A DNA stretch of 50,905 nt from Candidatus Veblenbacteria bacterium (GTDB lineage: Bacteria; Patescibacteriota; Patescibacteriia; Veblenbacterales; UBA10138). Below, piece by piece: positions 26,136-37,000 of the stretch. The DNA lies in contig JAUYKG010000031.1 in NCBI GenBank assembly GCA_030700105.1, positions 1-50,905 of the forward strand, given 5' to 3'. Both the position numbers and the translations under genes were made by a program. Numbering within the stretch: position 1 is the first letter of the stretch; each line of letters begins with the position of its first letter. The notes under the pieces were generated by a model. That model saw only the letters and a list, made by a program, of their open reading frames with translations, was not told the DNA's origin and ran no database searches.

Positions 26136-26164
26136 ATTATATCGCAAAATTCGCTTAAAGTCAA
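26136..26164 (-). promoter_or_regulatory. Near-consensus sigma70-type promoter of the candidate sRNA
   Basis: On the minus strand: TTGACT (26164-26159), a 17-nt spacer, then TATAAT (26141-26136). Confidence 0.6.
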
Positions 26165-26188
26165 CCTTAGGCGAAATAAAAACACCTC

Positions 26189-26217
26189 TTGAAGCCTAAA
26201 AACCGTTATGCTACAGT
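26189..26217 (+). promoter_or_regulatory. Putative promoter of tRNA-Asp
   Basis: TTGAAG (26189-94), a 17-nt spacer, then TACAGT (26212-17), about 38 nt before the tRNA. It is divergent from the sRNA promoter and 24 bp away from it. Confidence 0.4.
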
Positions 26218-26255
26218 GTTTAGGCTTTGCGTCTGTTCGCTATCCTAGCATGTGT

Positions 26256-26331
26256 GGACCCGTAGTGTAGCGGTTAACACGTCTCCCTGTCACGGAGAAG
26301 ATCGCCGGTTCGAATCCGGTCGGGTCCGCCA
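26256..26331 (+). tRNA. trnD: tRNA-Asp (anticodon GTC), CCA encoded
   Basis: The cloverleaf folded by hand. Acceptor GGACCCG/CGGGTCC. D-stem GTGT/ACAC. Anticodon stem TCTCC/GGAGA with loop CTGTCAC. T-stem GCCGG/CCGGT with loop TTCGAAT. Discriminator G, then CCA. Confidence 0.9.
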
Positions 26332-26358
26332 GAATAACATCTAAATCGCCCTCTCGTG

Positions 26359-27153
26359 CTAGGGGGCGGTTTTTGTTCGCGGCGCTTTCCACTGCACCGC
26401 CAAACCAACAGCTATAGCAAGGAGCGCGACGATAAAACCAGTACGAGCGCCCCAGATAAGCGTTTGCTCATCTACGCGCAAGAACTCCAGCGCGAACCTC
26501 AGGATGCCTGAGAGTATTAGATACAACGCGAACAGCCGTCCCGCGACCAGTTTTGCTCGCCAGCGCCAGAGCGCCCCGGCCAAGAGCACCAGCGCCAAAA
26601 ATTCGTACAGAAAAACGGGGTGAAAATATACTGCGTCCAGATAAGCCTGAGGACGGTACGCCCCGGCAATCGGAATACCCCAAGGCAAACTTGTCGGCAG
26701 ACCGAACAGCTCCTGGTTAAAATAATTCCCCCACCGCCCCACCGCCTGCCCCACCGCCAGCCCGGGTGCCAGGCTGTCCAGTAGTTCAAAAAGCGACCAG
26801 CGGTGCCGCCGTGCCCACCATACCAGCGCCACCGCACCACCAACCAATCCACCGTGCCAAGCCAAGCCGCCACGCCAGAGGTAAAATATTTCTCCTAGGT
26901 GATCGCGGAAGTACCACCACTCATACGCAAACACATCCACTAAGCGGGCGCCGAGCAATCCAGCTACTACCAGCCAAACCACCAAACCTTCCAGCTGGGC
27001 TACCGGCCACCCGAGCTCGCGCCAGCGTCGGCGAGTAAGTGCGTAGCCCGCAGCTACACCAAGCACAAGCAACAAGCCGTACCAGCGAATGGCAAAGGGG
27101 CCGAGGCTGAACAACACCGCGTCGGGTATGTGGGAATGGAGCAGTTCGAACAT
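26359..27153 (-). CDS. lgt: Prolipoprotein diacylglyceryl transferase
   Basis: Motifs FAIRWYGLLLVLG, GARLVDV, WRGGLAWHGGLVGG and GRWGNYFNQELFG are canonical Lgt. The track ORF starts at TTG 27219. ATG 27153 (MFELLHSHIP...) gives the usual N-terminus. Confidence 0.85.
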   Translation of the reverse strand: MFELLHSHIPDAVLFSLGPFAIRWYGLLLVLGVAAGYALTRRRWRELGWPVAQLEGLVVWLVVAGLLGARLVDVFAYEWWYFRDHLGEIFYLWRGGLAWHGGLVGGAVALVWWARRHRWSLFELLDSLAPGLAVGQAVGRWGNYFNQELFGLPTSLPWGIPIAGAYRPQAYLDAVYFHPVFLYEFLALVLLAGALWRWRAKLVAGRLFALYLILSGILRFALEFLRVDEQTLIWGARTGFIVALLAIAVGLAVQWKAPRTKTAP

Positions 27154-27260
27154 AGGAAAGTATGTAGTAGGTAGTATGTAGGGTAAAAATAAACTCCCCT
27201 GCTCGTCCAGAGCGAACAAGGCCCTATATACTTACCTGCCTACATTCGTATATACCTGCT

Positions 27261-27872
27261 TCAACCGCCGATAAGCTTAGCTTGAATAATAGCCTTGAGC
27301 TGGGACCAATCCTGCACCGCCTCACCGTTCAGAAAAAAAGTTGGGGTACCGGAAACCTTGCGTTGGTCGCCTTCGCGCATATCGGCCCGCACGACATCCG
27401 TTTCGGCGCGCGAATCCAGACAAGCGGCGAACCCGCTCTCCCCTTCTATGGTGAGCCCGAGCTCGGTAGCGTAAACCACCAGCTCATCGCGCGAAAAGTT
27501 TGGCTGCTTGTCAAATAACTGGTCGTGGTACTCCCAAAACTTACCCTGATCGTTGGCGCACTCGGCCGCCAACGCGGCACGGAAGGCCTGGGTGTGAATG
27601 GATACCAACGGAAAATGACGATAGCGGAAATACAGCCTATCGCCAAAGGTGGCTAGCACATCCTTAAGCACCGGCTGGGCCGATTTACAAGCAGGGCACT
27701 GGAAATCGGAAAACTCCTCCAGCGTCAAACCGGCCTCGGCCTGGCCTTGCGCAGGGCGGGGCGAATCTACGTTGCGGTATACAGGCTTGGAGCGGGAAGC
27801 CAGTACTATACCCCCCACCACCACCACCGCTATACCCCCCACCCACCACCAAATAGTTCTTGTACGTGGCAT
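27261..27872 (-). CDS. DsbA-like thioredoxin-fold thiol:disulfide oxidoreductase, membrane-anchored (paralog 1)
   Basis: 203 aa. N-terminal TM and CxxC active site FQCPACKS. HFPL..IH..A..AA.A.ECA block typical of the DsbA/Thioredoxin_4 family. Confidence 0.75.
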   Translation of the reverse strand: MPRTRTIWWWVGGIAVVVVGGIVLASRSKPVYRNVDSPRPAQGQAEAGLTLEEFSDFQCPACKSAQPVLKDVLATFGDRLYFRYRHFPLVSIHTQAFRAALAAECANDQGKFWEYHDQLFDKQPNFSRDELVVYATELGLTIEGESGFAACLDSRAETDVVRADMREGDQRKVSGTPTFFLNGEAVQDWSQLKAIIQAKLIGG

Positions 27873-27887
27873 GCGGCGCGCTTTAAG

Positions 27888-28694
27888 TTACTGGGACAAC
27901 ACCTGCTGTACCACGGCCTTCAATTGCTCGTAAGGCACAGCGCCCTCTAAAGGCGTGCCATTGACGAAACTCGTAGGCGTACCCTGTACGCCGTAACCGG
28001 AGCCTTCCTGTAGATCGGCCTGCACCTTGCTCGCCATTTCACCCTGATCCAAGCAGGTGCGGAAGCGGCTCTCCGACACTCCTACTTCCTTGGCCAGAGG
28101 GTAGAGGTCCGCAAGGGCAAAGCCTGTGCCGTTCGAGGTGGTACGCTCAAAAACCTTGTCAAAGAAACTCCAATAGGCCTCAGCACCGCCGAGCTTGCCC
28201 ACACACTCAGCCGCTTCGGCTTCCTTTTGCGCATTCGCGTGGAAAGAGAGCGGGAAGTGGCGATACACCCAACGCACCTGGCCGGGAAATTCGCTCATGA
28301 GCTGGAGCATGCTGGGGTGGAACGATTTGCAGTACGGACACTCCAGATCGGAATAGGTAATAATGGTAACCGGTGCCTCAGCCGAACCACGCACGTAATC
28401 GGTTTCTTTAAGCGCAATGTCCACTGGGCTGGGTGCTTGGGGCGGGATTTGAGTGGTATCGGTTGGTACCGCCGCCGCATTGCCGTTGGTACGTACCAAT
28501 TTACCATTACCGGAAAAAGCAAAGCTAGCTGCCAGCACGAACCCTACCAAACTCACGCCGGCCACTCCCACCAAAATACCCATCACAAAGGTGAGCTTGG
28601 GAGAAGCGCCACTCCACATACTGCTCATTTTAGAACTAGCGGACGAAGTTGAGGATGGGTCGGCAGCAGGTGAAAACGACGAAGGATTATCCAT
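27888..28694 (-). CDS. DsbA-like thioredoxin-fold oxidoreductase, membrane-anchored (paralog 2)
   Basis: 268 aa. TM after a Ser-rich N-terminus. CxxC as LECPYCKS. RHFPLSFHANAQKEAEAAEC. Confidence 0.75.
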   Translation of the reverse strand: MDNPSSFSPAADPSSTSSASSKMSSMWSGASPKLTFVMGILVGVAGVSLVGFVLAASFAFSGNGKLVRTNGNAAAVPTDTTQIPPQAPSPVDIALKETDYVRGSAEAPVTIITYSDLECPYCKSFHPSMLQLMSEFPGQVRWVYRHFPLSFHANAQKEAEAAECVGKLGGAEAYWSFFDKVFERTTSNGTGFALADLYPLAKEVGVSESRFRTCLDQGEMASKVQADLQEGSGYGVQGTPTSFVNGTPLEGAVPYEQLKAVVQQVLSQ

Positions 28695-28771
28695 AAGACA
28701 TTATAAAAAATTAATAATGTAGCCAGTTGAGTGTACCACGCCCTTCGCCGGGGCGTCCAGACGCGCTGAAG

Positions 28772-29512
28772 TTAGCGGCTAAATTCGTTCTTAAGCACGC
28801 TCACGATTACTTGGTCCCAAAGCTCGAGCGACAATGCTCCCTCCGCTTTATGCCCGTTTATGAACCAGGTGGGTGTACCTTGCACACCAGCCTCCAGCCC
28901 GCTCGTGTAGTCGTCTTGGATTTCAGCCAGGGTAAGGTGCTGTTCCAGGCAACTCTGGAACTTGTCACGATCAAGGCCTAAAGAACCAGCCAAAGCAAGA
29001 TAGAATTCTGCCCCCAGTTGGTCTTGGTTTTCATAGAGCGCGTCGTGAAACTTCCAGAATGAATCTGCCTTCTGTCGGGCGGCGCAGTTAGCCGCCTCGG
29101 CCGCTGCCACGGCCTGGGTATGGATGGAGGCAACGGGAAAATCCCGATAAATAAGCCGTACCGCCTCGGGGTAACGCCGCAAAACCTCTTTCATGATAGG
29201 AGCCGCCTCACGGCAGAACGGGCATTGGAAATCGCCAAACTCCACAATGACAACGGGCGCCACGGGCGAGCCAATAGTGGGATCGTCAGTAGTGGCTACC
29301 TGCGCCAACGCGTCTTCTGCTGGTGTAGATGTGCTCCCAGGCAGACTGGTGAACCCAGGGGCTGTTTGTTGAGGGGTAAACAGCTTAAATAGTGCCGGTA
29401 CACCAAACCACAGCGCTGCCAGCAATGCCAAGGCAATAAACCAGGGGCGGCGGTACAAACGGCGAACCTTGATTGGCGGCAGTACCGAGGTAGGTAACGT
29501 ATCGGGTATCAT
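28772..29512 (-). CDS. DsbA-like thioredoxin-fold oxidoreductase, membrane-anchored (paralog 3)
   Basis: 246 aa. TM (WFIALALLAALWFGVPALF). CxxC as FQCPFCRE. RDFPVASIHTQAVAAAEAANC. Confidence 0.75.
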   Translation of the reverse strand: MIPDTLPTSVLPPIKVRRLYRRPWFIALALLAALWFGVPALFKLFTPQQTAPGFTSLPGSTSTPAEDALAQVATTDDPTIGSPVAPVVIVEFGDFQCPFCREAAPIMKEVLRRYPEAVRLIYRDFPVASIHTQAVAAAEAANCAARQKADSFWKFHDALYENQDQLGAEFYLALAGSLGLDRDKFQSCLEQHLTLAEIQDDYTSGLEAGVQGTPTWFINGHKAEGALSLELWDQVIVSVLKNEFSR

Positions 29513-29519
29513 AGTGTGT

Positions 29520-30980
29520 TTACAAACCTGGCTGGCCCGCCTGCCGGACGGGCAGGCGCTCGTGCCAGGGAGTAGCTTGCTCGTAGTGATGAGCGATCCG
29601 CAAAAGCCTAGCCTCGGACCAAGCTGGGCCCATGAGCTGCAGGCCGATGGGTAAACCTTGCTTAGTGAACCCGCACGGCACAGAGAGCGCGGGCAAACCA
29701 GCGATGTTAACGGGTACAGTGTACACGTCGGCCAGATACATAGCTAGAGGGTCATCCGCCTTGCTGCCAAGCGCAAAAGCGGCGGTGGGGGTGGTAGGGG
29801 CCACGAGCGCGTCCACTTGTTCAAAAACCCGGGCAAAGTCCTGGCGTATCGCGCGGCGCGCCTGCTGCGCTTTGCGGTAATAGGCCTCGTAGTACCCCGA
29901 GGAAAGCACGTAGGTGCCAAGCATAATACGACGCCTCACCTCGGCGCCCAAAAGTGCCCCACGGGTTTTGGCGTATAGGTCGTAAAGCGTCGTGGCTTCC
30001 TGGCGCGAACCAAAGCGAATACCGTCGTAGCGCGCCAAATTGGCGCTTACCTCGGCCGGACAAATGACGTAGTAGGCGGCCAGAGCGTATGGCATGCTAG
30101 GCAGACTTACCTCTACTATAGTAACCCCCAACTCCTTGAGCTTGGTAATAGCAGTCTCCACTGCCTGGCGGATATCAGGCTCCAAGCCATCGGCAAAGAA
30201 TTCCTTTGGTACACCCAAACGCAAACCCTGCACCTCACCCTGCAGCTCAGCCACGTAATCCGGTACCGGCTCACGGGAGCTCGTAGAATCACGCTCGTCA
30301 TGGCCCGCCATCACCTTGAGCATACGAGCGGCGTCTTCCACGGAGCGGGTTAAAGGGCCAGCTTGGTCAAAAGAAGACGTCATAGCCATTAAGCCCCAGC
30401 GGGAAACGCGACCATAGGTGGGCTTTAGCCCCACCACACCACAAAAAGCCGCTGGCTGACGAACCGAGCCACCAGTATCGGTACCGAGCGCCACCAAGCA
30501 CTCCCCGGCTGCTACAGCGGCAGCCGAACCTGAAGAAGAGCCACCTGGTACACAAGATACATCCCAAGGATTACGAGTGGGGCCGTAGCCCGAGTTCTCG
30601 CCCGACGCACCCATGGCGAACTCATCACAATTGGTCTTGCCCAGAATAATAGCGCCCTCGGCCAGCAAGCGCTCCACCACCGTGGCGTCGTAGGGCGGCA
30701 CGTAGGTATCGAGGATACGGGAAGCTCCGGTGCTACGAATGCCGCGCGTAACAATGATGTCTTTTACCGCCAGAGGTACTCCTGCTAGTGCACCTACGGA
30801 TTCGCCGCGCGCCAACTTGGCGTCCATTTCCTTAGCCGCGGCCAATGCCAGAAGGGGCGTAGGGGTAATGAAAGTGTTTAGAGAACTTTTCTCAATCGCG
30901 GTAAGGTACACGCTTACCGCTTCAACCGCGGTAAGCTCCCGGTTCCTCAGCTTACTAGTAAATTCGCTAATGCTCACCAT
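29520..30980 (-). CDS. gatA: Glutamyl-tRNA(Gln) amidotransferase subunit A
   Basis: Amidase signature GGSSSGSAAAVAAG and PLAVKDII block. ATG 30980 (MVSISEFTSKLRN...) lies 10 nt after the gatC stop. The 52-codon upstream extension in the track overlaps gatC and is rejected. Confidence 0.9.
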   Translation of the reverse strand: MVSISEFTSKLRNRELTAVEAVSVYLTAIEKSSLNTFITPTPLLALAAAKEMDAKLARGESVGALAGVPLAVKDIIVTRGIRSTGASRILDTYVPPYDATVVERLLAEGAIILGKTNCDEFAMGASGENSGYGPTRNPWDVSCVPGGSSSGSAAAVAAGECLVALGTDTGGSVRQPAAFCGVVGLKPTYGRVSRWGLMAMTSSFDQAGPLTRSVEDAARMLKVMAGHDERDSTSSREPVPDYVAELQGEVQGLRLGVPKEFFADGLEPDIRQAVETAITKLKELGVTIVEVSLPSMPYALAAYYVICPAEVSANLARYDGIRFGSRQEATTLYDLYAKTRGALLGAEVRRRIMLGTYVLSSGYYEAYYRKAQQARRAIRQDFARVFEQVDALVAPTTPTAAFALGSKADDPLAMYLADVYTVPVNIAGLPALSVPCGFTKQGLPIGLQLMGPAWSEARLLRIAHHYEQATPWHERLPVRQAGQPGL

Positions 30981-30990
30981 GGCTAAAAAC

Positions 30991-31278
30991 TTACTGGCGT
31001 TCGCCAAACACCTCGGGCACCTCAATATGCGTGCCGGTATGAACCGGTGCCTCCTTGATAAGCTCGGCAGCCTCGGGCCACGAACGCACCTCATCCACTC
31101 TCCACTCCACAGCCAAAGTCTCCAAGCTAGCGCCACCTTCGCTGGTTAGAGACTGCAGTTTAGCCACGTAATCCAATACCCCGGCGAGCTGTTGCGAAAA
31201 CTTCTCCACTTCGGCCGGCGTGAGCTCTAAACGGGCCAGCCGCGCCAAATGTTCAACTTCTTGTGCGGTTAAGCCCAT
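30991..31278 (-). CDS. gatC: Glutamyl-tRNA(Gln) amidotransferase subunit C
   Basis: 95 aa. LTAQEVEHLARLARLELTPAEVEKFSQQL..VLDYV is the typical GatC pattern. Confidence 0.85.
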   Translation of the reverse strand: MGLTAQEVEHLARLARLELTPAEVEKFSQQLAGVLDYVAKLQSLTSEGGASLETLAVEWRVDEVRSWPEAAELIKEAPVHTGTHIEVPEVFGERQ

Positions 31279-31318
31279 ATGTAACCAGTGTACCGTAAGC
31301 GCAGTGCCCCGACCACCC

Positions 31319-33535
<2,217 letters not shown>

Positions 33536-33543
33536 TCATGAGA

Positions 33544-34326
33544 TTAATTGCATGGGCTCACATCCTTACAAATCGCCTCTTCAGAGAAAAGGGTGTAATC
33601 AAAAGCGCCGAACTGTGGCGCGTGCGCCGGTACGGTAATAGAAAGCGCCTGCCGCGCTTCTCCAGCCGCGCCGTACGCGGTTACCTCGAGCTGAGCCGGC
33701 AAATTGAATGAGGCGCCGGTAGCATTCAGGCCAGCGTAAGCTCTGAGCGTAAGGTTGCAAGCGTCTCCAAATAACGCCCGTAACCTCACGTAAGGATAAC
33801 TTCCGCTCAAATTTACCGTAACACCATCAGTGTCATTATCGCTCGGGGAAAGCAGCGAGCGCTGACTTTGCGATTCACCAGCAACCCAGTAGGACTGTAG
33901 AACTTCAATCCAGGTAAAGTCGCTACCAGGGCACATGGTCGGATTACCCGTCCAGCTCACACGGACCGACCAGGCCTGGGCACTGCCACTAGTGTTGAAC
34001 AAGGTAACTTCGGCCACCTCGTTCTCAAGTAATGTAGTACTAAACTCAGTTAAGGTTGTGTTGCTCACTCGCCACCAGCGACCATTGCCCAAGGTTATGG
34101 CCGAAGTTTCGACTACGTTCAAATTAGGTGAATTCTTTTGTCGAAAATCATATAGTGCATCCTCAAGTCCGCTCTCGGCGGCATAAAAGGCCAATACACC
34201 CTGATCGAACGAAGTAGTAAGCCTAAGCTCACGCACCACCAGATTGCCAGCCGACAAAGCCGCCATCAAAATGGCTGACAGTACGAACAGTGAAAGGAGG
34301 AGGGAAAAACCGTGTGGGGGATTCAT
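33544..34326 (-). CDS. PilX-like type IV pilus minor pilin/pseudopilin
   Basis: 260 aa. Hydrophobic N-terminal helix (GFSLLLSLFVLSAILMAALSAG), followed by the AFYAAESGLEDAL block typical of PilX_N. It is last in a fimT/U-pilV-pilW-pilX-like order. Confidence 0.5.
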   Translation of the reverse strand: MNPPHGFSLLLSLFVLSAILMAALSAGNLVVRELRLTTSFDQGVLAFYAAESGLEDALYDFRQKNSPNLNVVETSAITLGNGRWWRVSNTTLTEFSTTLLENEVAEVTLFNTSGSAQAWSVRVSWTGNPTMCPGSDFTWIEVLQSYWVAGESQSQRSLLSPSDNDTDGVTVNLSGSYPYVRLRALFGDACNLTLRAYAGLNATGASFNLPAQLEVTAYGAAGEARQALSITVPAHAPQFGAFDYTLFSEEAICKDVSPCN

Positions 34327-34332
34327 AGGGGC

Positions 34333-34941
34333 CTAACGGCGATAAGCACGAGATACAATAGTGGTCTGCAACCACAACGACGCAGTGGGATAACCAGATT
34401 CAGGAACGTTTTGAGCTGTCAGCGACACGGTTACGCGCGGTTGCTCATTCGGGACAGTAGCACAAGAACCACCACTGCACGGTACAAAAGGGTTGGCAGC
34501 AGGCACAATGTAAAAACGCACCATTGAAACTTGCACAGTGTCGGAAAGTAGCGGCTGCCAAGTACCACCCTGCCCCCGACTTACTTCCAAAGTTTGATTC
34601 AGGCTATTCAAACGGTAAAGTACCGGCTGGTTAGAGGCATCGCGTAGCGCTAAAGCTTGGAGCGGCTGTATCACCCCACTGGCGTCTACCAACGGTATGC
34701 TCTGGTAGTATCCATAATCAACCATGCCCACGTGAATGTCGCGCACCATACTTTCCAGCGCGAACCGCACCTCGCCCTGCACCTGCTGGTTGGCTATTAT
34801 ACGCTTTTGCGTGCGGGAAACCAGCAGGAAAATACTGGCTGCGGCGGAAACCACCACCAACATTATCGCTACCACCACCAAAAGTTCTATGGTAGTGAAC
34901 CCAACGGCAGGGTGTACTTTTGTGTTTACGCTACGGCGCAT
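34333..34941 (-). CDS. PilW-like minor pilin (prepilin-type N-terminal cleavage/methylation domain)
   Basis: Leader MRRSVNTKVHPAVG|FTTIELLVVVAIMLVV with Glu at +5. 202 aa. Confidence 0.6.
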   Translation of the reverse strand: MRRSVNTKVHPAVGFTTIELLVVVAIMLVVVSAAASIFLLVSRTQKRIIANQQVQGEVRFALESMVRDIHVGMVDYGYYQSIPLVDASGVIQPLQALALRDASNQPVLYRLNSLNQTLEVSRGQGGTWQPLLSDTVQVSMVRFYIVPAANPFVPCSGGSCATVPNEQPRVTVSLTAQNVPESGYPTASLWLQTTIVSRAYRR

Positions 34942-35593
34942 AAGGAGTGTAACTAAACCGCCAATTATACAACCACTCTTCCAGGACCATCTTGGCCGTA
35001 CGATTACCTTCCTGCCACTGCACCTCGGAAATAACCCGTACGCCAGCCTTCACGAAGCCGCCCGGACACGTGACCGCATTGTTCGTTTCTTGATTACCGG
35101 GGTTGTTCCAACAAATGGCGTACACGGTAATAAGTCTGGAGAATTGCGTAGTTGTTTCCCCCACCGGGTTATCAAGCGACTGACGGTACAAACCGCGGGT
35201 TGGGTGGCGACGCATCCGCGTGCGGCTATCGCTAAAACCGGTAGGGGTGAAATCAATCGTCCAGCTGAGCGTGTTAACGTCAAGTATGGCGATGGCGGTA
35301 CCAGTGGCGTCTCCACTACTGTTGAATCCGGTGTCCCAGGCATTCGCGCTGCCACTGGCGCCGGTTCTACCCTTAAGCCAGTTACCGTCCCGCAAGCTCC
35401 GTACCGCCTCCACCCCTTCACGCGCCAAATTCACGGCCACGAGGCGCGACTCCACCCCTTTGGACGCGCTTAAATTGCTCTGCGCTAAGCTAACCACGGC
35501 CACAATACCGGTAATGAGCACGCCCACGGCCACCACCGCCTCCACCAGACCAAAGCCCCTTAGCAAAGTGTGCCTTCGTCTTATGGTTGCCAT
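34931..35593 (-). CDS. PilV-like minor pilin (prepilin-type N-terminus)
   Basis: Leader MATIRRRHTLLRG|FGLVEAVVAVGVLITG with Glu at +5. 220 aa. It overlaps both neighbours by 11-13 nt. Confidence 0.55.
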   Translation of the reverse strand: MATIRRRHTLLRGFGLVEAVVAVGVLITGIVAVVSLAQSNLSASKGVESRLVAVNLAREGVEAVRSLRDGNWLKGRTGASGSANAWDTGFNSSGDATGTAIAILDVNTLSWTIDFTPTGFSDSRTRMRRHPTRGLYRQSLDNPVGETTTQFSRLITVYAICWNNPGNQETNNAVTCPGGFVKAGVRVISEVQWQEGNRTAKMVLEEWLYNWRFSYTPYAP

Positions 35594-36201
35594 AAGGTTG
35601 GTATGTCCGTGAGTGGTCCCAGATTAACCTGGCCAGAGCCGGCGTTCCCAGAAATTAACATACCCTTGCCAGGCAGGCTGGGGTGGCGTACCACCACCGT
35701 AAAGGTGCCTTGGTTTAAGGCTCCTTCACTCAGGATACGACTACCTAAGGGCGGCGTGAAAATAAAATCGACTGTGGAAGCAGAGTAATCACAACCGCTG
35801 CCCCTATCAATACAAACTCGATTGTCAAGTTCGATATTGTACTCCGCTAAACTGTAAGGCTCTTCCCATATTTCACCGCCTGGACTGAAAAAGTTATCAG
35901 AACCGTCGGAACCAAAGAAGTACACCGTATCACTCTGCGTATCAAAGGAAATCCCATATCCGCCGTCGGGAAAAGTTTGTTCGCCGCCGTAATCAATCGT
36001 GTGACCCGACAGGGTATACGTTTGCGCCTGGTGCAAGAGCGAGCTTAAGAGTAGTGCGCCGCTCCTTAACTCGTCGCGCTTGGAACCGGCACGGAAATTC
36101 ACCACCAGAACAACGGACAGGGTAACGACGATGGTTGTGGCCACCAGCATATCGGCCAAGGTGAATCCGGGAGAAAACCGCAATCTAAAGAAGTGGGACA
36201 T
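35581..36201 (-). CDS. FimT/GspH-like minor pilin (prepilin-type N-terminus, Asp at +5)
   Basis: From ATG 36201: MSHFFRLRFSPG|FTLADMLVATTIVVTL. The track ORF begins at TTG 36240, inside pilD. ATG 36201 lies 8 nt after the pilD stop. Confidence 0.5.
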   Translation of the reverse strand: MSHFFRLRFSPGFTLADMLVATTIVVTLSVVLVVNFRAGSKRDELRSGALLLSSLLHQAQTYTLSGHTIDYGGEQTFPDGGYGISFDTQSDTVYFFGSDGSDNFFSPGGEIWEEPYSLAEYNIELDNRVCIDRGSGCDYSASTVDFIFTPPLGSRILSEGALNQGTFTVVVRHPSLPGKGMLISGNAGSGQVNLGPLTDIPTLWQP

Positions 36202-36208
36202 AAGTATT

Positions 36209-36961
36209 CTAAACGCCAACAAAACGGAGATACCAATCAATAAGCTCAGACCCCCACAAAAAAGTAACCACTGTGCTGGCTGTTAAAAAAGTACCGAACG
36301 GCAGTTCGCTCTTCAGGCCGTAACGCTTAAACAACATAAGGGCAATACCTGCGAGCGCGCCTGCCCAATACGCCAATGCCAGCGCCACTACTACGTGAGG
36401 CCAACCCAGAGCCGCGCCCATAAGGGCACCCAGGCGTATATCACCACTGCCAATCCATCTCCCGCGCGAGAGTAGGTACTGTACGCCGAATAAACCCGCG
36501 GCCACCACAACGCCCGCCAGTAGACTAAAGGGGGAGAAGCCGCGCACCAAATTAAGGAGTACGAGCGCGGCGGCACCGGAAAGTGTAAGCACGTCGGGCA
36601 AGAGCTTAAACCTAAAATCGAACACGAATAAGGTAACGGCATAGGTTGCCAGAACCAAAAACGTAATAAGCGCCAACCAGTCTCCTGCCGGCAGCACCCA
36701 AGCGCCTAAGACGAACAAAGAGCCAGCAGCTGCCTCCACTGCCGGATACTGCCAGGAAATGACCCGGCGACAAAACACGCACTTGCCTCTTAGTACTACA
36801 AAAGAAAGGAGTGGTATGTTGTGGTACCACTTGAGCTGCGTACCGCAATTGCGGCAACGAGAACGGCCGCCTAGGGTCTCGCTGGCTGCCAAGCGCACCA
36901 CCAGCACGTTTAAAAAACTGCCAACCGCCAGCCCAAGGAGAGCACTCAAAAGCAGCCACAT
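36209..36961 (-). CDS. pilD: Prepilin peptidase (A24 family) PilD
   Basis: 250 aa. N-terminal CxxC...CxxC (CRNCGTQL...CVFCRR), a polytopic membrane protein, and the GSGDIRLGALMGAALGW block (second catalytic Asp motif). Confidence 0.85.
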   Translation of the reverse strand: MWLLLSALLGLAVGSFLNVLVVRLAASETLGGRSRCRNCGTQLKWYHNIPLLSFVVLRGKCVFCRRVISWQYPAVEAAAGSLFVLGAWVLPAGDWLALITFLVLATYAVTLFVFDFRFKLLPDVLTLSGAAALVLLNLVRGFSPFSLLAGVVVAAGLFGVQYLLSRGRWIGSGDIRLGALMGAALGWPHVVVALALAYWAGALAGIALMLFKRYGLKSELPFGTFLTASTVVTFLWGSELIDWYLRFVGV

Positions 36962-37000
36962 ATACTCTAGTATTATAACACGAAGGTGGCTTTATTCGGG

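Noticed and set aside
23990-26331. AT-rich island as an integrated prophage or integrative element at tRNA-Asp or ssrA
   Set aside because: There is no integrase, recombinase, phage structural or replication gene. I could find no direct repeat of the tRNA-Asp or tmRNA 3' end flanking the island. The island also lies on the 5' side of the tRNA.
30981-31136. 52-codon N-terminal extension of the gatA ORF
   Set aside because: The extension overlaps gatC in another frame and is Arg/Trp/Cys-rich. The conserved GatA N-terminus begins at ATG 30980, 10 nt after the gatC stop.
36202-36240. TTG-initiated 13-codon extension of the FimT/GspH-like minor pilin into pilD
   Set aside because: The extension overlaps the pilD 3' end. 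ATG 36201 yields a normal short prepilin leader (MSHFFRLRFSPG|F). Similar upstream alternative-start extensions were trimmed for lgt (27219 to 27153), the PilT-like gene (39960 to 39936) and the 48885 gene (49562 to 49412).
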